A stretch of 61,542 bases of DNA, filler included. It is 8 parts of 8 records of this genome, joined end to end, with 100 filler letters (N's around TTAATTAATTAA, not from the genome) between each part and the next. Parts side by side here need not be neighbours in the genome. Positions count along the whole stretch, not along the records: positions 13,709 to 20,395 come from SRR31147125_158363; positions 20,496 to 27,677 come from SRR31147125_158523; 6 more parts are not named here. One strand, 5' to 3'. Below, piece after piece: positions 17,018 to 26,747 of the stretch. A program made the translations under genes and the position numbers. Under the pieces are notes generated by a model. That model was not told the DNA's origin and searched no databases. It worked only from the letters and a program-made list of their open reading frames with translations. Position 1 is the first letter of the stretch, and every line of letters begins with the position of its first letter.

Positions 17018-18748
17018 TTAGCGTTTAAAGGTCCAAACCGGTGACCAGTCCTTAGTATTATTGGCCTTTACCCGCCAGTAATAGGTATAACCCTTAGGTA
17101 GTTTTTTATTTATACGATTTCGGTCCAGAAGACGTTCTTCATAGACGATAAAACTAAAATCTTTGTCCGTTGCAAGCTGAATATGGTAATGTTCGGCATT
17201 GGGATAAGCTTCCCAAACAAAAGTAACAAGATATGCTTTATTCTCTAAACCATAGGCCGGCTTGCGAGGTGCTACAAAGTCGTAGATCACATAGCCAAGA
17301 CGACTCTCTAATTTGAAATCGTTCATTGCTGTCACGGCATAGAACCATTGCTCATCTGTCAGATCAAGATATGAGCCTCTTCCGTCGGTTACAACATCAA
17401 GAATTGCAGAACCGGCTTTACCGAGATCTTTTTGAGTTTTGGAGCGATAGATCACATAGCCCCAGGCATTTGGATCCGTTTCCCAAGTCAACATTACTTC
17501 TTCATCACCCATGCGTTCGGAATAAACTGCGGGAGTTTTCAGCATCTTGCCTTTTTGATGTGAATACACCGGCCAAAGAGCCGTATTGGCATAAAGATCC
17601 ATTTGCAAAGAATCGATCGTTCCTTTTGGGTTGTGAAAAAAATTATTCGCTGTAAAGAAAATACTTCCCTGGCAACCATCCGTATCACGATTCAATCTGA
17701 TCTGACGAGGGATCTCGCCTTCAGGAAAACGGTCGGTCCCCTGGCGGTACATGGCTTGTCCGGGATAAAAGTGGCGTTTGTATTTCTTTGCTTCAGCAGC
17801 CCAATATGGGATCAATTTACCGTAATCTTGTCCTCCCCCGAATTGCCAATAACATTGTGGAGTAATATAATCAACGGTTCCCGCTTTCAACCAGGCAAGA
17901 GGATCGCAGTACAATACCGCCCAGGCATCAAAGCCTTCAATGCCTTCAGGTACTCCGGGACGATAGATCCCAAAGGGAGAAATACCCCATTTTACCCAAG
18001 GTTTGGTTTTATCAATGCTTTTCGAAACCCGTTCGACCAGCATATTAATATTATCCCTGCGCCAATCGTGAATATCTTCAATTCCTCTGTTCTCATTGAC
18101 AAAAGTCACAGAATCTTCATTCGTAATTGCTTCATAAGGATAAAAATAATCATCCATATGAATCCCATCGATATCATATCGAGTTACAATATCCATGAAC
18201 ACTTCATGAATGTAGTCTCGTACTTCCGTTTTGCCGGGATCAAGAATGTAAACTGAATTGAATTTTAACAGCCAATCGGGATGTTGTTTTGCAACATGGG
18301 AATCACTCATATAAAACGAAGAATCCATCATTGCGGGCTTATGCACAGCTCGGTAAGGATTGACCCAGGCATGCAATTCCATACCGCGTTTATGCGCTTC
18401 CTGGACAGCAAATTCAAGCGGATCCCACAGCGAATCGGCGGAAGGACCTTCACCTTGTGTGCCGCTGAACCAGTATGACCAAGGTTCGATATCGGATTTA
18501 TACATGGCATCGCAAGCGGGACGGACTTGGAAAAGTACCGCATTAACTCCGCTGGCTTTCAGAGTATCCATGAATTTGATCAGATCAGCTTGTTTTTTAG
18601 CTTCCGAATCGTGCTTATCTTCCGGCCAATCGATATTGGCAACGGTTGATAACCAAACGCCTCTGAATTCCTGCTTGGGAGCATCATTGGGTTTTGCATA
18701 GGCCAGCGTGGCCATAGCGATCAGCATCACAAAGATGATCTTGCGCAT
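17018..18748 (-). CDS. DUF187/GHL10 glycoside hydrolase-like protein, paralog of the downstream gene
   Basis: Same catalytic-domain motifs; signal peptide; ends after the Fn3-like YYWRVKA repeat, no sorting domain. Confidence 0.9.
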   Translation of the reverse strand: MRKIIFVMLIAMATLAYAKPNDAPKQEFRGVWLSTVANIDWPEDKHDSEAKKQADLIKFMDTLKASGVNAVLFQVRPACDAMYKSDIEPWSYWFSGTQGEGPSADSLWDPLEFAVQEAHKRGMELHAWVNPYRAVHKPAMMDSSFYMSDSHVAKQHPDWLLKFNSVYILDPGKTEVRDYIHEVFMDIVTRYDIDGIHMDDYFYPYEAITNEDSVTFVNENRGIEDIHDWRRDNINMLVERVSKSIDKTKPWVKWGISPFGIYRPGVPEGIEGFDAWAVLYCDPLAWLKAGTVDYITPQCYWQFGGGQDYGKLIPYWAAEAKKYKRHFYPGQAMYRQGTDRFPEGEIPRQIRLNRDTDGCQGSIFFTANNFFHNPKGTIDSLQMDLYANTALWPVYSHQKGKMLKTPAVYSERMGDEEVMLTWETDPNAWGYVIYRSKTQKDLGKAGSAILDVVTDGRGSYLDLTDEQWFYAVTAMNDFKLESRLGYVIYDFVAPRKPAYGLENKAYLVTFVWEAYPNAEHYHIQLATDKDFSFIVYEERLLDRNRINKKLPKGYTYYWRVKANNTKDWSPVWTFKR

Positions 18749-18763
18749 ATTGAGTCCTTCTTC

Positions 18764-19264
18764 TTATTTTTTCAAATAGTTTACGACAGGATCAAGTAAT
18801 GCCATATCCACATGATCCTTGTCTTTCAGTATATCTTCTTTTTCTTTGGGATCTTTAACCACTTTATCCAACATTTTAAATACAAAGGCATCAAAACCCT
18901 TCATGTTGGAGATAAGCTGACGCCCACCGCATCCAAAGATCTGTTCTTTTTTTAATTCCAGAGAGGATAGATTCTTTTCTACCATTTCCAGATAATATTC
19001 CTGTTTTTCGGGTTCGGTACCACCCACCGCGATAACGGCTTTGCACTTGTTTTTCAGTGTAGCTGATTTTCCGTTAACCCATGAGGCGATCTTCATTTTA
19101 CCCATTCGAACGTTACCGGCAATCACAACATTCTCACTTTCTTTCAACATCTTGCCACTAACATTCTTATATGAGACCGCTTCCCAATTCATTCTTTTTG
19201 CCAATTCTTCGGCATACTCTTTTGTTGAACCATACTTTGAAGCATAAATAACCAAATTTGACAT
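18764..19264 (-). CDS. Flavodoxin-domain protein (HemG/Flavodoxin_5-like)
   Basis: FMN-binding loop VIYASKYGSTKEYA. Confidence 0.8.
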   Translation of the reverse strand: MSNLVIYASKYGSTKEYAEELAKRMNWEAVSYKNVSGKMLKESENVVIAGNVRMGKMKIASWVNGKSATLKNKCKAVIAVGGTEPEKQEYYLEMVEKNLSSLELKKEQIFGCGGRQLISNMKGFDAFVFKMLDKVVKDPKEKEDILKDKDHVDMALLDPVVNYLKK

Positions 19265-19275
19265 ATCTAACTCCT

Positions 19276-20395
19276 TTAATTAAGCGATTCAAACCCTTGC
19301 TTTTTCATATTCAGGTAAATAATTACAGCTGATATGATCGTCACAATAAAATACATGACAGCGGACCACCATTCAAGGAAAAAGACCTTTCCAAGACCAA
19401 AAAGAAAACTATAAATAAGTGCTACACCGGCACCCCATGAAAGGAACATCCGACCAAAACCGGTATCGCTTTTTACTTCCGGCATTTGGCTGGATATTTT
19501 TTTCCAACCTATACCACCGGGATGAACTTTTTTGTAGAATTTCTTTAAAGTTTTTTCGTCTGCCGGTTTTGTAAATATTGTCACCAATACCCATACCAAT
19601 GTTGTTCCAAAGATCGTGGGATACAGGGTGATCGGTGATTCTAGTCCGCACGCTCTCGCAATAGGATAAATGATCAATGGTGCGATCATGGCTGCAATTT
19701 CAGACCAGGCATTTACGCGCCACCACCACCAGCGCAGAATTAGGACCAATCCGAGTCCTGCCGATGCATTAATGATAAATTCCCAGGCACCTGAAATTGT
19801 CGTTAACAAATAGCGGGTTACCAGAAGCGAAATAAGGATCATCAACATCATAGTCAAGCGGGACATTAATACATAATGCTTTTCACTTGCCTTCTTTTTA
19901 ATGAAACGCCTGTAGAAGTCATTTATCATGTAGGACGTTCCCCAATTCAATTGCGATGAAATGGTGGACATATAGGCCGCCAGAAATACGGCGATCAATA
20001 ATCCCAGCAAACCCGTGGGCAAGTAACGCAGCATCAGTTTGGGATACATACGTCCGGGATCAACCGTATTTTCATAGGTTTCATAAAAAGTTTTAAATTC
20101 TTCGCTTTGATATACGGCATCATCCGATTTCATAATTACAGGATTTTTAAAAGCCTGTTCCGCTAAAACATACATCTGTGGATCTTGTGCTTGAAGTTGT
20201 GCGGGATCATCTGCCCGAGGCAGAATGACCAATGCGGATAAAGCGACCAGGATCCAGGGCCAGGGACGAATGGTATAATGAGCAATTGTAAACCACAAGG
20301 TGGCAAACAAGCTATGCTTTTCATCTTTTGCGGACATCATTCTCTGTGCTACATAACCACCGCCACCGGGATCGGCACCGGGATACCAGGTTCCC
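19276..20395 (-). CDS. Sodium:solute symporter family protein, 5' truncated
   Basis: WYPGADPGGGGYVAQRMMSAKDE, LAAYMSTISSQLNWGTSY, LRWWWWRVNAWSE; multiple TM helices. Confidence 0.88.
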
Positions 20396-20553
20396 NNNNN
20401 NNNNNNNNNNNNNNNNNNNNNNNNNNNNNNNNNNNNNNNTTAATTAATTAANNNNNNNNNNNNNNNNNNNNNNNNNNNNNNNNNNNNNNNNNNNNGGGGG
20501 AATATGGATAAATTATTTCGGACTCATTCCTAAACAACTTTAAGGAGAAAACA

Positions 20554-21714
20554 ATGACGGAACAATTGGGTCAACGGTTGGATGATGTGTATGGAAAGTT
20601 TGAGGATGGAACGATTTCAAGGCGGGATTTCGTCAAATATCTGGGGCTTTCCGGAGCGGCTCTGGGGCTTGTGGGCGGCCCTTTCGGAATGATCAGAGAG
20701 GCAATGGCCGCAAAAAACATTCGGTTTGACGGTTGGGGCGGCACCGTATCCGAAGCATTCCGAAAACATGCATTCAAACCCTTTACCGATGCCACCGGTA
20801 TCGAGGTGATCGATGGAGAGTTTGGAGACGCAGACTCTTACTTGACCCGAGTCAAAGCATCATATCCACCCGGCGGAGAGTATAATTTGGCGCATTTAAG
20901 CGGCGTTTTCGACTATAAACGTTATGTCGATCTCGGATTCGATGTGGTGTTGGACGAGAGCAAAATTCCAAATCTCAATACGGTAATGCCGGCCATCACG
21001 GAGCCTTACCGTGCCATTACCAAGGGCAAGCTCTCTGCGGTACCATACGATTACGGGCTGACCACCATTGCCTACAACACCAAACATATCTCCGATGACA
21101 AAGCAAAAAAACTGGGTGCCGCGCTTTTGTGGGATAAAGATCTCAAAGGAAAGCTCGGTTCCTGGACGGACTGGCGTACCAACATCTGGTATGCCGCATT
21201 GAAGACCGGCCAGAACCCCAATGAGATCAAAGATATCAAAGCGGTGTGGGCGGCTTTGAAAGAGCAGCGAGGGCTCATCAAAAAATATTGGGCCTCCGGT
21301 GCCGAGCAGATGAGTCTGCTTGCCAACGAAGAGGTGTACGCCTCAATTGTTTGGTCGGGACGGGTGAAGACGCTGCAGAATCAGGGGCATACCCATTTGA
21401 AACTTCTGATTCCGGAAAATGCGTACTCCTGGCAGGAGTGTATTTTCGTCATGAAGGGAACCCATTTGGATGATGCCCAAAAGCTATTGAACTATATGCT
21501 GAAACCTGAATGTTCGTTTGCCATCGCCACCGGTCAAAGCTATCCTCCGAGTCTCGATCCCAGAAAAGTGACGGTTCCCGATGATGTGGCCTCTCTGCCG
21601 GGTTACGATGCCACCGGAACCTTGGAAGGTTATCTGTTTGCCGATCCGGGCTATTGGAATGGAAAACAGATTGAGTGGGCCGAAAAATGGGATCGAATCA
21701 TGGCCGGACGGTAA
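20554..21714 (+). CDS. PotD/PotF-like ABC substrate-binding protein with Tat signal
   Basis: SRRDFVK twin-arginine motif; GWGG, VPYDYG..TIAYN, WSGR; AAGGAG RBS. Confidence 0.87.
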   Translation: MTEQLGQRLDDVYGKFEDGTISRRDFVKYLGLSGAALGLVGGPFGMIREAMAAKNIRFDGWGGTVSEAFRKHAFKPFTDATGIEVIDGEFGDADSYLTRVKASYPPGGEYNLAHLSGVFDYKRYVDLGFDVVLDESKIPNLNTVMPAITEPYRAITKGKLSAVPYDYGLTTIAYNTKHISDDKAKKLGAALLWDKDLKGKLGSWTDWRTNIWYAALKTGQNPNEIKDIKAVWAALKEQRGLIKKYWASGAEQMSLLANEEVYASIVWSGRVKTLQNQGHTHLKLLIPENAYSWQECIFVMKGTHLDDAQKLLNYMLKPECSFAIATGQSYPPSLDPRKVTVPDDVASLPGYDATGTLEGYLFADPGYWNGKQIEWAEKWDRIMAGR

Positions 21715-21770
21715 ATCCATCGGCAAACAGGAAAAAAATATCACATAAAGACCACGAATGGATTTGTCGA

Positions 21771-21797
21771 GGGCAGAGCGCCGCGGGGCGTCTGCCC
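21771..21797 (+). other. Intergenic GC-rich hairpin after the binding-protein gene
   Basis: GGGCAGAGCGCC-GCGG-GGCGTCTGCCC; no U tract, typical position for an mRNA-stabilising stem. Confidence 0.5.
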
Positions 21798-21889
21798 ATT
21801 GAAGGCGAACCACAACCAAGAATTAAGATCATGTGGGACCACCCGACACGACAAATCATAATTTTGATTCATTTGGGGAGATATTGATT

Positions 21890-23044
21890 TTGGAGCAAGA
21901 AAAGAACCCTTCATTTGTCCGGTTCAAAGGGATTGAGAAGCGATTTGGAACGGTAGTTGCGGTGAAAAAGTTGGACCTGGATATTCCTGAGGGCTCTTTG
22001 GTGACCCTGCTGGGGCCGTCCGGTTGCGGAAAAACAACCCTTTTGAGAATGTTGGCCGGTTTGGAGACGCCAACGGAGGGGGAGATCTACATTAAAGGCA
22101 AACGGATCAACGAAACACCGATTCACAAGCGAAATCTGGGAATGATTTTTCAAAACTACGCCCTCTTTCCCCATAAAACCATTTTCGACAATGTGGCATT
22201 CGGTCTAAAATATCGAGACGTTCCCAAAAGCGATATGAAAGAGCGGGTGGAAAAGGCGTTGGAAACGGTTCGATTACCAGGGGTCGGCAATCGAATGCCG
22301 TCTCAGTTGTCCGGCGGACAGCAACAGCGGATCGCCCTGGCAAGGGCCATTGTGATCGAACCGGATGTATTGCTGATGGACGAGCCCCTATCCGCCTTGG
22401 ATGAAAATTTACGAGAGGAGATGCGACGGGAGATCGACAATCTCCAGCAGGAGCTGGGGGTCACCACCATTTTTGTTACCCACGATCAGCGCGAAGCCCT
22501 CTCCATGTCGGACAAGGTGGTGGTGATGAAAGACGGATTTATCCAGCAGGAAGGCGATCCGGAAGAGGTGTACAACAACTCCGCCAACCATTTTGTGGCG
22601 GACTTTTTAGGGCACTCCAATTTCATGACTGCCACGGTGGATGAGGGCGTCAACAGCCATGAAAACGACGCCTTCAACGTCACCGAAGCCGACAACGGCA
22701 CACCGTTTACCGGAATAACGCTGCCGGATGGCAACCGCTGTCTGGCCATCCCGGCAGCGCCGTTTTCACCTGGTGAATCGACTGAGATGGTGATCCGGGC
22801 GCAAAAGCTTCAGCTGTACTATCAAAAGGACGCCCCAAACACTGAGGGTATGAATCGATTTTCAGGCACCATTGTCGATCGCAGCTATATGGGAGGGGAA
22901 GTCAGCTATTTTGTGAAACTGAAGACCGGTCAGGTACTTCATGTAATAAGCTTTGTTAAACGCACTCCCTATCGTCGAGGGGACGAGGTGGTCATGGAAG
23001 TATCGCCGGAACATTGTCGGTTACTAAAAACCGACCCGGCTTGA
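21890..23044 (+). CDS. PotA-like ABC ATP-binding protein
   Basis: Walker A GPSGCGKTT, FQNYALFPH, LSGGQQQR, LLMDEP, VTHDQ, C-terminal TOBE region; TTG start after GGGGAG. Confidence 0.92.
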   Translation: MEQEKNPSFVRFKGIEKRFGTVVAVKKLDLDIPEGSLVTLLGPSGCGKTTLLRMLAGLETPTEGEIYIKGKRINETPIHKRNLGMIFQNYALFPHKTIFDNVAFGLKYRDVPKSDMKERVEKALETVRLPGVGNRMPSQLSGGQQQRIALARAIVIEPDVLLMDEPLSALDENLREEMRREIDNLQQELGVTTIFVTHDQREALSMSDKVVVMKDGFIQQEGDPEEVYNNSANHFVADFLGHSNFMTATVDEGVNSHENDAFNVTEADNGTPFTGITLPDGNRCLAIPAAPFSPGESTEMVIRAQKLQLYYQKDAPNTEGMNRFSGTIVDRSYMGGEVSYFVKLKTGQVLHVISFVKRTPYRRGDEVVMEVSPEHCRLLKTDPA

Positions 23045-23080
23045 TCAGCACATGACCCGTTGTGGAGGATTGGAGGAATT

Positions 23081-23401
23081 ATGGATCATCATCTCAACGA
23101 TACGGTGGAATATGACAGCTTTTTGAATATCAAAAAAAGTCTCGATCCATCGGGAACCCATATCATCTTTGAACATGATATCTCCCAGGGCCAGGACTCC
23201 ATATTGTCAAATGATCTAAACATCTATCGCTATTTGAAAAAGGAACATCTCAAATGGCGAAAATTCATCGATAATGATCGCGTTTGTGAATATCTGGTCA
23301 TCGAGACGTCACTGGGTACTGAAGAGCGCATTCTCGGAAAGATGATGGGGTATTCCTTCTCCGATCATATTGTCTATTACCTTTATAATAAAAAATCATA
23401 G
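23081..23401 (+). CDS. Small hypothetical protein
   Basis: GGAGG RBS; 106-aa ORF filling the gap in a co-directional operon. Confidence 0.7.
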   Translation: MDHHLNDTVEYDSFLNIKKSLDPSGTHIIFEHDISQGQDSILSNDLNIYRYLKKEHLKWRKFIDNDRVCEYLVIETSLGTEERILGKMMGYSFSDHIVYYLYNKKS

Positions 23402-23436
23402 AGCGTGTGGCTTTAAGTATGTAAGGACAACCGAAA

Positions 23437-25917
23437 ATGAAACTGCAAAAAGAGGCATCCATCACCCTCGGTTTTAAAAACGCAAAAAGAGACGAAACGG
23501 TCTCAATCGATGCGTTGACGGCGTCTGCCGTTGAATTTCTGGAACTGTATCAAAGTAGTAAGTTCGCCCCCCGGGCGTTTTGGAAAGAGGTGGGAAAAGG
23601 TGATGGAGAAACACTATTTTCAAATCTATTGCGGATCACCGGGTTTGAAAGCGATCCAAAAGGATTTTTCACCACTGTGTTGGGCAGTGTTGCCGCAGGA
23701 AAAGGGAGCCACATCGTCATCAACGATCTTTCCCTTCCCAGCGCCTTTCTCGTCTCTCTATTGGAAAAGGTTTTTCCTAAAACCGGGTATGTCTCCATCA
23801 AAAACACCGAGCAGTTGGAAGCGCTCACCAACATTCATCTCCCTGATGAGAAACGGAGGGCGTACCAGCAGGTGATCGACACCTATCCGGTGCGGCTCTC
23901 CCACCACACCGTGCGTCAACTCATGGTATCCAATGATGTGGGCTATCAGTATCTTCCCTTTACCGAAGAGCTGGATACGGCGGGATTTACCAACACCTGG
24001 ATCGGACAGTTTCATGATGGACTGCTTGAACAGATGTACAAAAATCGAGTAATTTTTCTATTGAACATGAGCTGCCCGGTCTATTGCAGGTTCTGTTTTC
24101 GAAAGCACAAGGATTCCAGAAACGAGAAAAACCCCACGGTTCAGGATGTTGAAAAGGCGATTGCCCATGTGAACGCCTCTCCATCCATCAAAGAGATTGT
24201 GGTCACCGGCGGCGATCCTTTCATGAATCGAGCCAACATGGCCGCCACCCTTGACGGGTTGATGAAGATCGATCATGTGCAGACCCTTCGCCTGGCCACA
24301 CGGTCCGTTGCATACTATCCAGCCCTTTTTCTGGAACACGAAGGGGCCTATCTGACGTATCTCAAAGAAAAGAGCATGGCACTTCAGCAGCGGGGCAAGC
24401 GAATGGAGGTGGCCACCCACTTCATCCATCCCGATGAAGTCTCCCCGGAAAGCCTGGAGATCATCACCGAACTGGTCAATGCCGGGGTTGCCGTCTATAT
24501 CCAGACCCCGTTTTTGAGCGGCTGCAACGATACCGGTCCGGAGTTGGTTCAGCTCTTCGGCCATCTGAGGGGGGCCGGTGCCGAGATGCACTATATCTAC
24601 ATTCCGTGCAGTCCCATTCACGGCAACAGCATTTACTGGAATTCTCTGGATAAAGGAATCGATATCGCCTCCCATCTTCGCGCGCATCTTTCTGATCGGG
24701 CCATCCCGAGAATCTGCACGGCCACGCCCATTGGAAAGCTGGACTGGTTCAGCAGTGGATGGGCTGTGGAGCGCGTGGCGGAGAACGACAATTTTGTCTG
24801 GCTCAGAACCCCCTACACGCCGGATTATTTCAAAGCGTTTGCTCCGTTGGCCCAAAAGTTCGACAACATGCGGGTCAATGATGAGGGCACCATCGATATT
24901 CAGTATATGGCGCAAATCGGAAACGACGATTATCTGCTCGGTCCGAGGCCGTCGAGGCCGTCCAAAACCGATTCGGATCAAACTGAGCGGGGTGTTGTGG
25001 GAAAAGATGAAAAGGGGGCGCTGGTTCAAGCCCTTGCCTTGGAGAGACAAACCGCCCGATCCATTGTCCAAACCAAGACAGAGAAGCTCTGGAGAGTCCA
25101 CGAAACCCGTGTGGAGATGGATCCTTCGGCAGCAGAACAGGACATGGCCTATATTCAAAATGACGACAGAATCTCGGATGTGGTGATTTCATCGGAAAAA
25201 GATGCCGTGGAGTCTCTTTTCGCCATCAAAAAGATCGTTTTAAAGCTCCGTGAGATTCCCCATGTCAATGCCGTGAGATTGAAAAGCATGACATTCAATA
25301 CCGCTCCCGAATCCTATACCCGAGCCGTGCTCAATACCCTTGGCGAGCTGAACCGGTTAACCGTGGCAACTCCCCTGCGTCTGGAGATCGAATCCTGGTT
25401 CGTTGAAAAAGAGGAGGTGACGGATGCCCATCAAAAACTGGCCCGACGCCTCGCCAACCGGGGAATTACCGTCTATTGCAATGTACCGCTTCTTGGGGGG
25501 ATCAACGATTCGGATAAAGCCATTCATGGACTGGCGTATACGTTGCGAAAATGCGGCATCGAATTTCATCACCTCTATGTCGCAGGGCTTCCCATTCAGC
25601 AAAAATGGAACAGCGATCATCCGGTGGATTCCTATGATGTGATCGATATCGCCACCATGGTGAGACGGGAAGGCAGTGGTCGGGAGATTCCAAGGTATAT
25701 CATTGCAACGGATCTGGGTGAGGTGGATTACGGATTGACTTCGTCGCTGTCGGGACAAGGCAATACCCTGAAAATCAAACTCGATTGTTATTCCAGATCT
25801 TATTATACGGAAATCGATCCGCGCTTTTCCGCTTCGTCAAAGGTGGAATGGATAGACGAGAGGCCGGTCTTGAAACTCACGGGATTGAGCAAGGGAAATG
25901 CTTATCCCATCTCATAA
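23437..25917 (+). CDS. KamA (lysine 2,3-aminomutase)-family radical SAM protein with a second, degenerate KamA-like domain
   Basis: CPVYCRFC at 24073-24096, VTGGDP, THFIHPDE, QTPFLSGCND, TPIGK; second half repeats NVPLLGGIND and IPRYII but lacks the Cys triad. Confidence 0.85.
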   Translation: MKLQKEASITLGFKNAKRDETVSIDALTASAVEFLELYQSSKFAPRAFWKEVGKGDGETLFSNLLRITGFESDPKGFFTTVLGSVAAGKGSHIVINDLSLPSAFLVSLLEKVFPKTGYVSIKNTEQLEALTNIHLPDEKRRAYQQVIDTYPVRLSHHTVRQLMVSNDVGYQYLPFTEELDTAGFTNTWIGQFHDGLLEQMYKNRVIFLLNMSCPVYCRFCFRKHKDSRNEKNPTVQDVEKAIAHVNASPSIKEIVVTGGDPFMNRANMAATLDGLMKIDHVQTLRLATRSVAYYPALFLEHEGAYLTYLKEKSMALQQRGKRMEVATHFIHPDEVSPESLEIITELVNAGVAVYIQTPFLSGCNDTGPELVQLFGHLRGAGAEMHYIYIPCSPIHGNSIYWNSLDKGIDIASHLRAHLSDRAIPRICTATPIGKLDWFSSGWAVERVAENDNFVWLRTPYTPDYFKAFAPLAQKFDNMRVNDEGTIDIQYMAQIGNDDYLLGPRPSRPSKTDSDQTERGVVGKDEKGALVQALALERQTARSIVQTKTEKLWRVHETRVEMDPSAAEQDMAYIQNDDRISDVVISSEKDAVESLFAIKKIVLKLREIPHVNAVRLKSMTFNTAPESYTRAVLNTLGELNRLTVATPLRLEIESWFVEKEEVTDAHQKLARRLANRGITVYCNVPLLGGINDSDKAIHGLAYTLRKCGIEFHHLYVAGLPIQQKWNSDHPVDSYDVIDIATMVRREGSGREIPRYIIATDLGEVDYGLTSSLSGQGNTLKIKLDCYSRSYYTEIDPRFSASSKVEWIDERPVLKLTGLSKGNAYPIS

Positions 25918-25937
25918 ATTAAGAAAGGAACCGGGAT

Positions 25938-26630
25938 ATGATGAGATATCCTTATATTGCATATAGTCCGCAAATTGACCTTCAACCGATTTTCAAAGAT
26001 CTGAAAGGCAATCCCTTTGTACTGGATATGTCCGATACCAGTCCCATTTACGATGGGATGGATGTCCGGGATCAAGAGACGTTTCAACATCGAATCGATG
26101 AATTGATGGCGGAAGGTCACTTTTCCTGGGGCGTGGCCTCATATCTTGAAAACCGCAAAAAAGCGCTGTCATCCTGTCCCCAGATGGTGGAAGATGGGCG
26201 GTTTTATCATCTCGGGCTGGATCTGATCGTTCCATTGGGAACACTGCTTCACGCCCCTCTTTTTGCCGTGGTCAAAGCATCCGGGTATGAAGCCGGTGAT
26301 GGGAATTACGGCGCATATGTGCTGTTGGAGCATACGGCTCCGGCCACTGTTTCAGGCCCGTCGACGGAATTCGAAACCTTTTACAGCTTTTACGGACATT
26401 TAAATCGAGAAGCCCTGCCTGGGCCCGGGGAGCGCTTTGAAGCCGGAGAGCCCTTTGCCAAGATCGGGGATTTCTTTGAAAACGGAAACTGGTTTTACCA
26501 TACCCATCTCCAAATTCTAACCTCCAAAGCCTATGAAACGGGGTATATTTCAAAGGGATATTGTGCGGCTTCCGACCTGGCAATCATGGATTCGCTGTGC
26601 CCGTCTCCCTTATCATTATTCAGAACTTGA
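25938..26630 (+). CDS. M23-family metallopeptidase-like protein without signal peptide
   Basis: HLGLD (HxxxD), YG..V.LEH, YGHL, HTHLQ (HxH). Confidence 0.82.
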   Translation: MMRYPYIAYSPQIDLQPIFKDLKGNPFVLDMSDTSPIYDGMDVRDQETFQHRIDELMAEGHFSWGVASYLENRKKALSSCPQMVEDGRFYHLGLDLIVPLGTLLHAPLFAVVKASGYEAGDGNYGAYVLLEHTAPATVSGPSTEFETFYSFYGHLNREALPGPGERFEAGEPFAKIGDFFENGNWFYHTHLQILTSKAYETGYISKGYCAASDLAIMDSLCPSPLSLFRT

Positions 26631-26648
26631 CCCCATTTTCACTGGATG

Positions 26649-26681
26649 TCCGCCCTTATTGCATTTTTTAAAAAGGGCGGA
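26649..26681. terminator. Hairpin between convergent M23 and integrase genes
   Basis: TCCGCCCTT ... AAGGGCGGA inverted repeat. Confidence 0.5.
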
Positions 26682-26747
26682 TACAAGGATGAAGCATGGC
26701 ATATCAGTACAACCGGAGGATTTGGTAGATGGTATCGCTGAGTTGCT

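Noticed and set aside
26631-26747. attC or attI site near the integrase
   Set aside because: No RYYYAAC...GTTRRRY paired structure seen; this is the 3' side of intI
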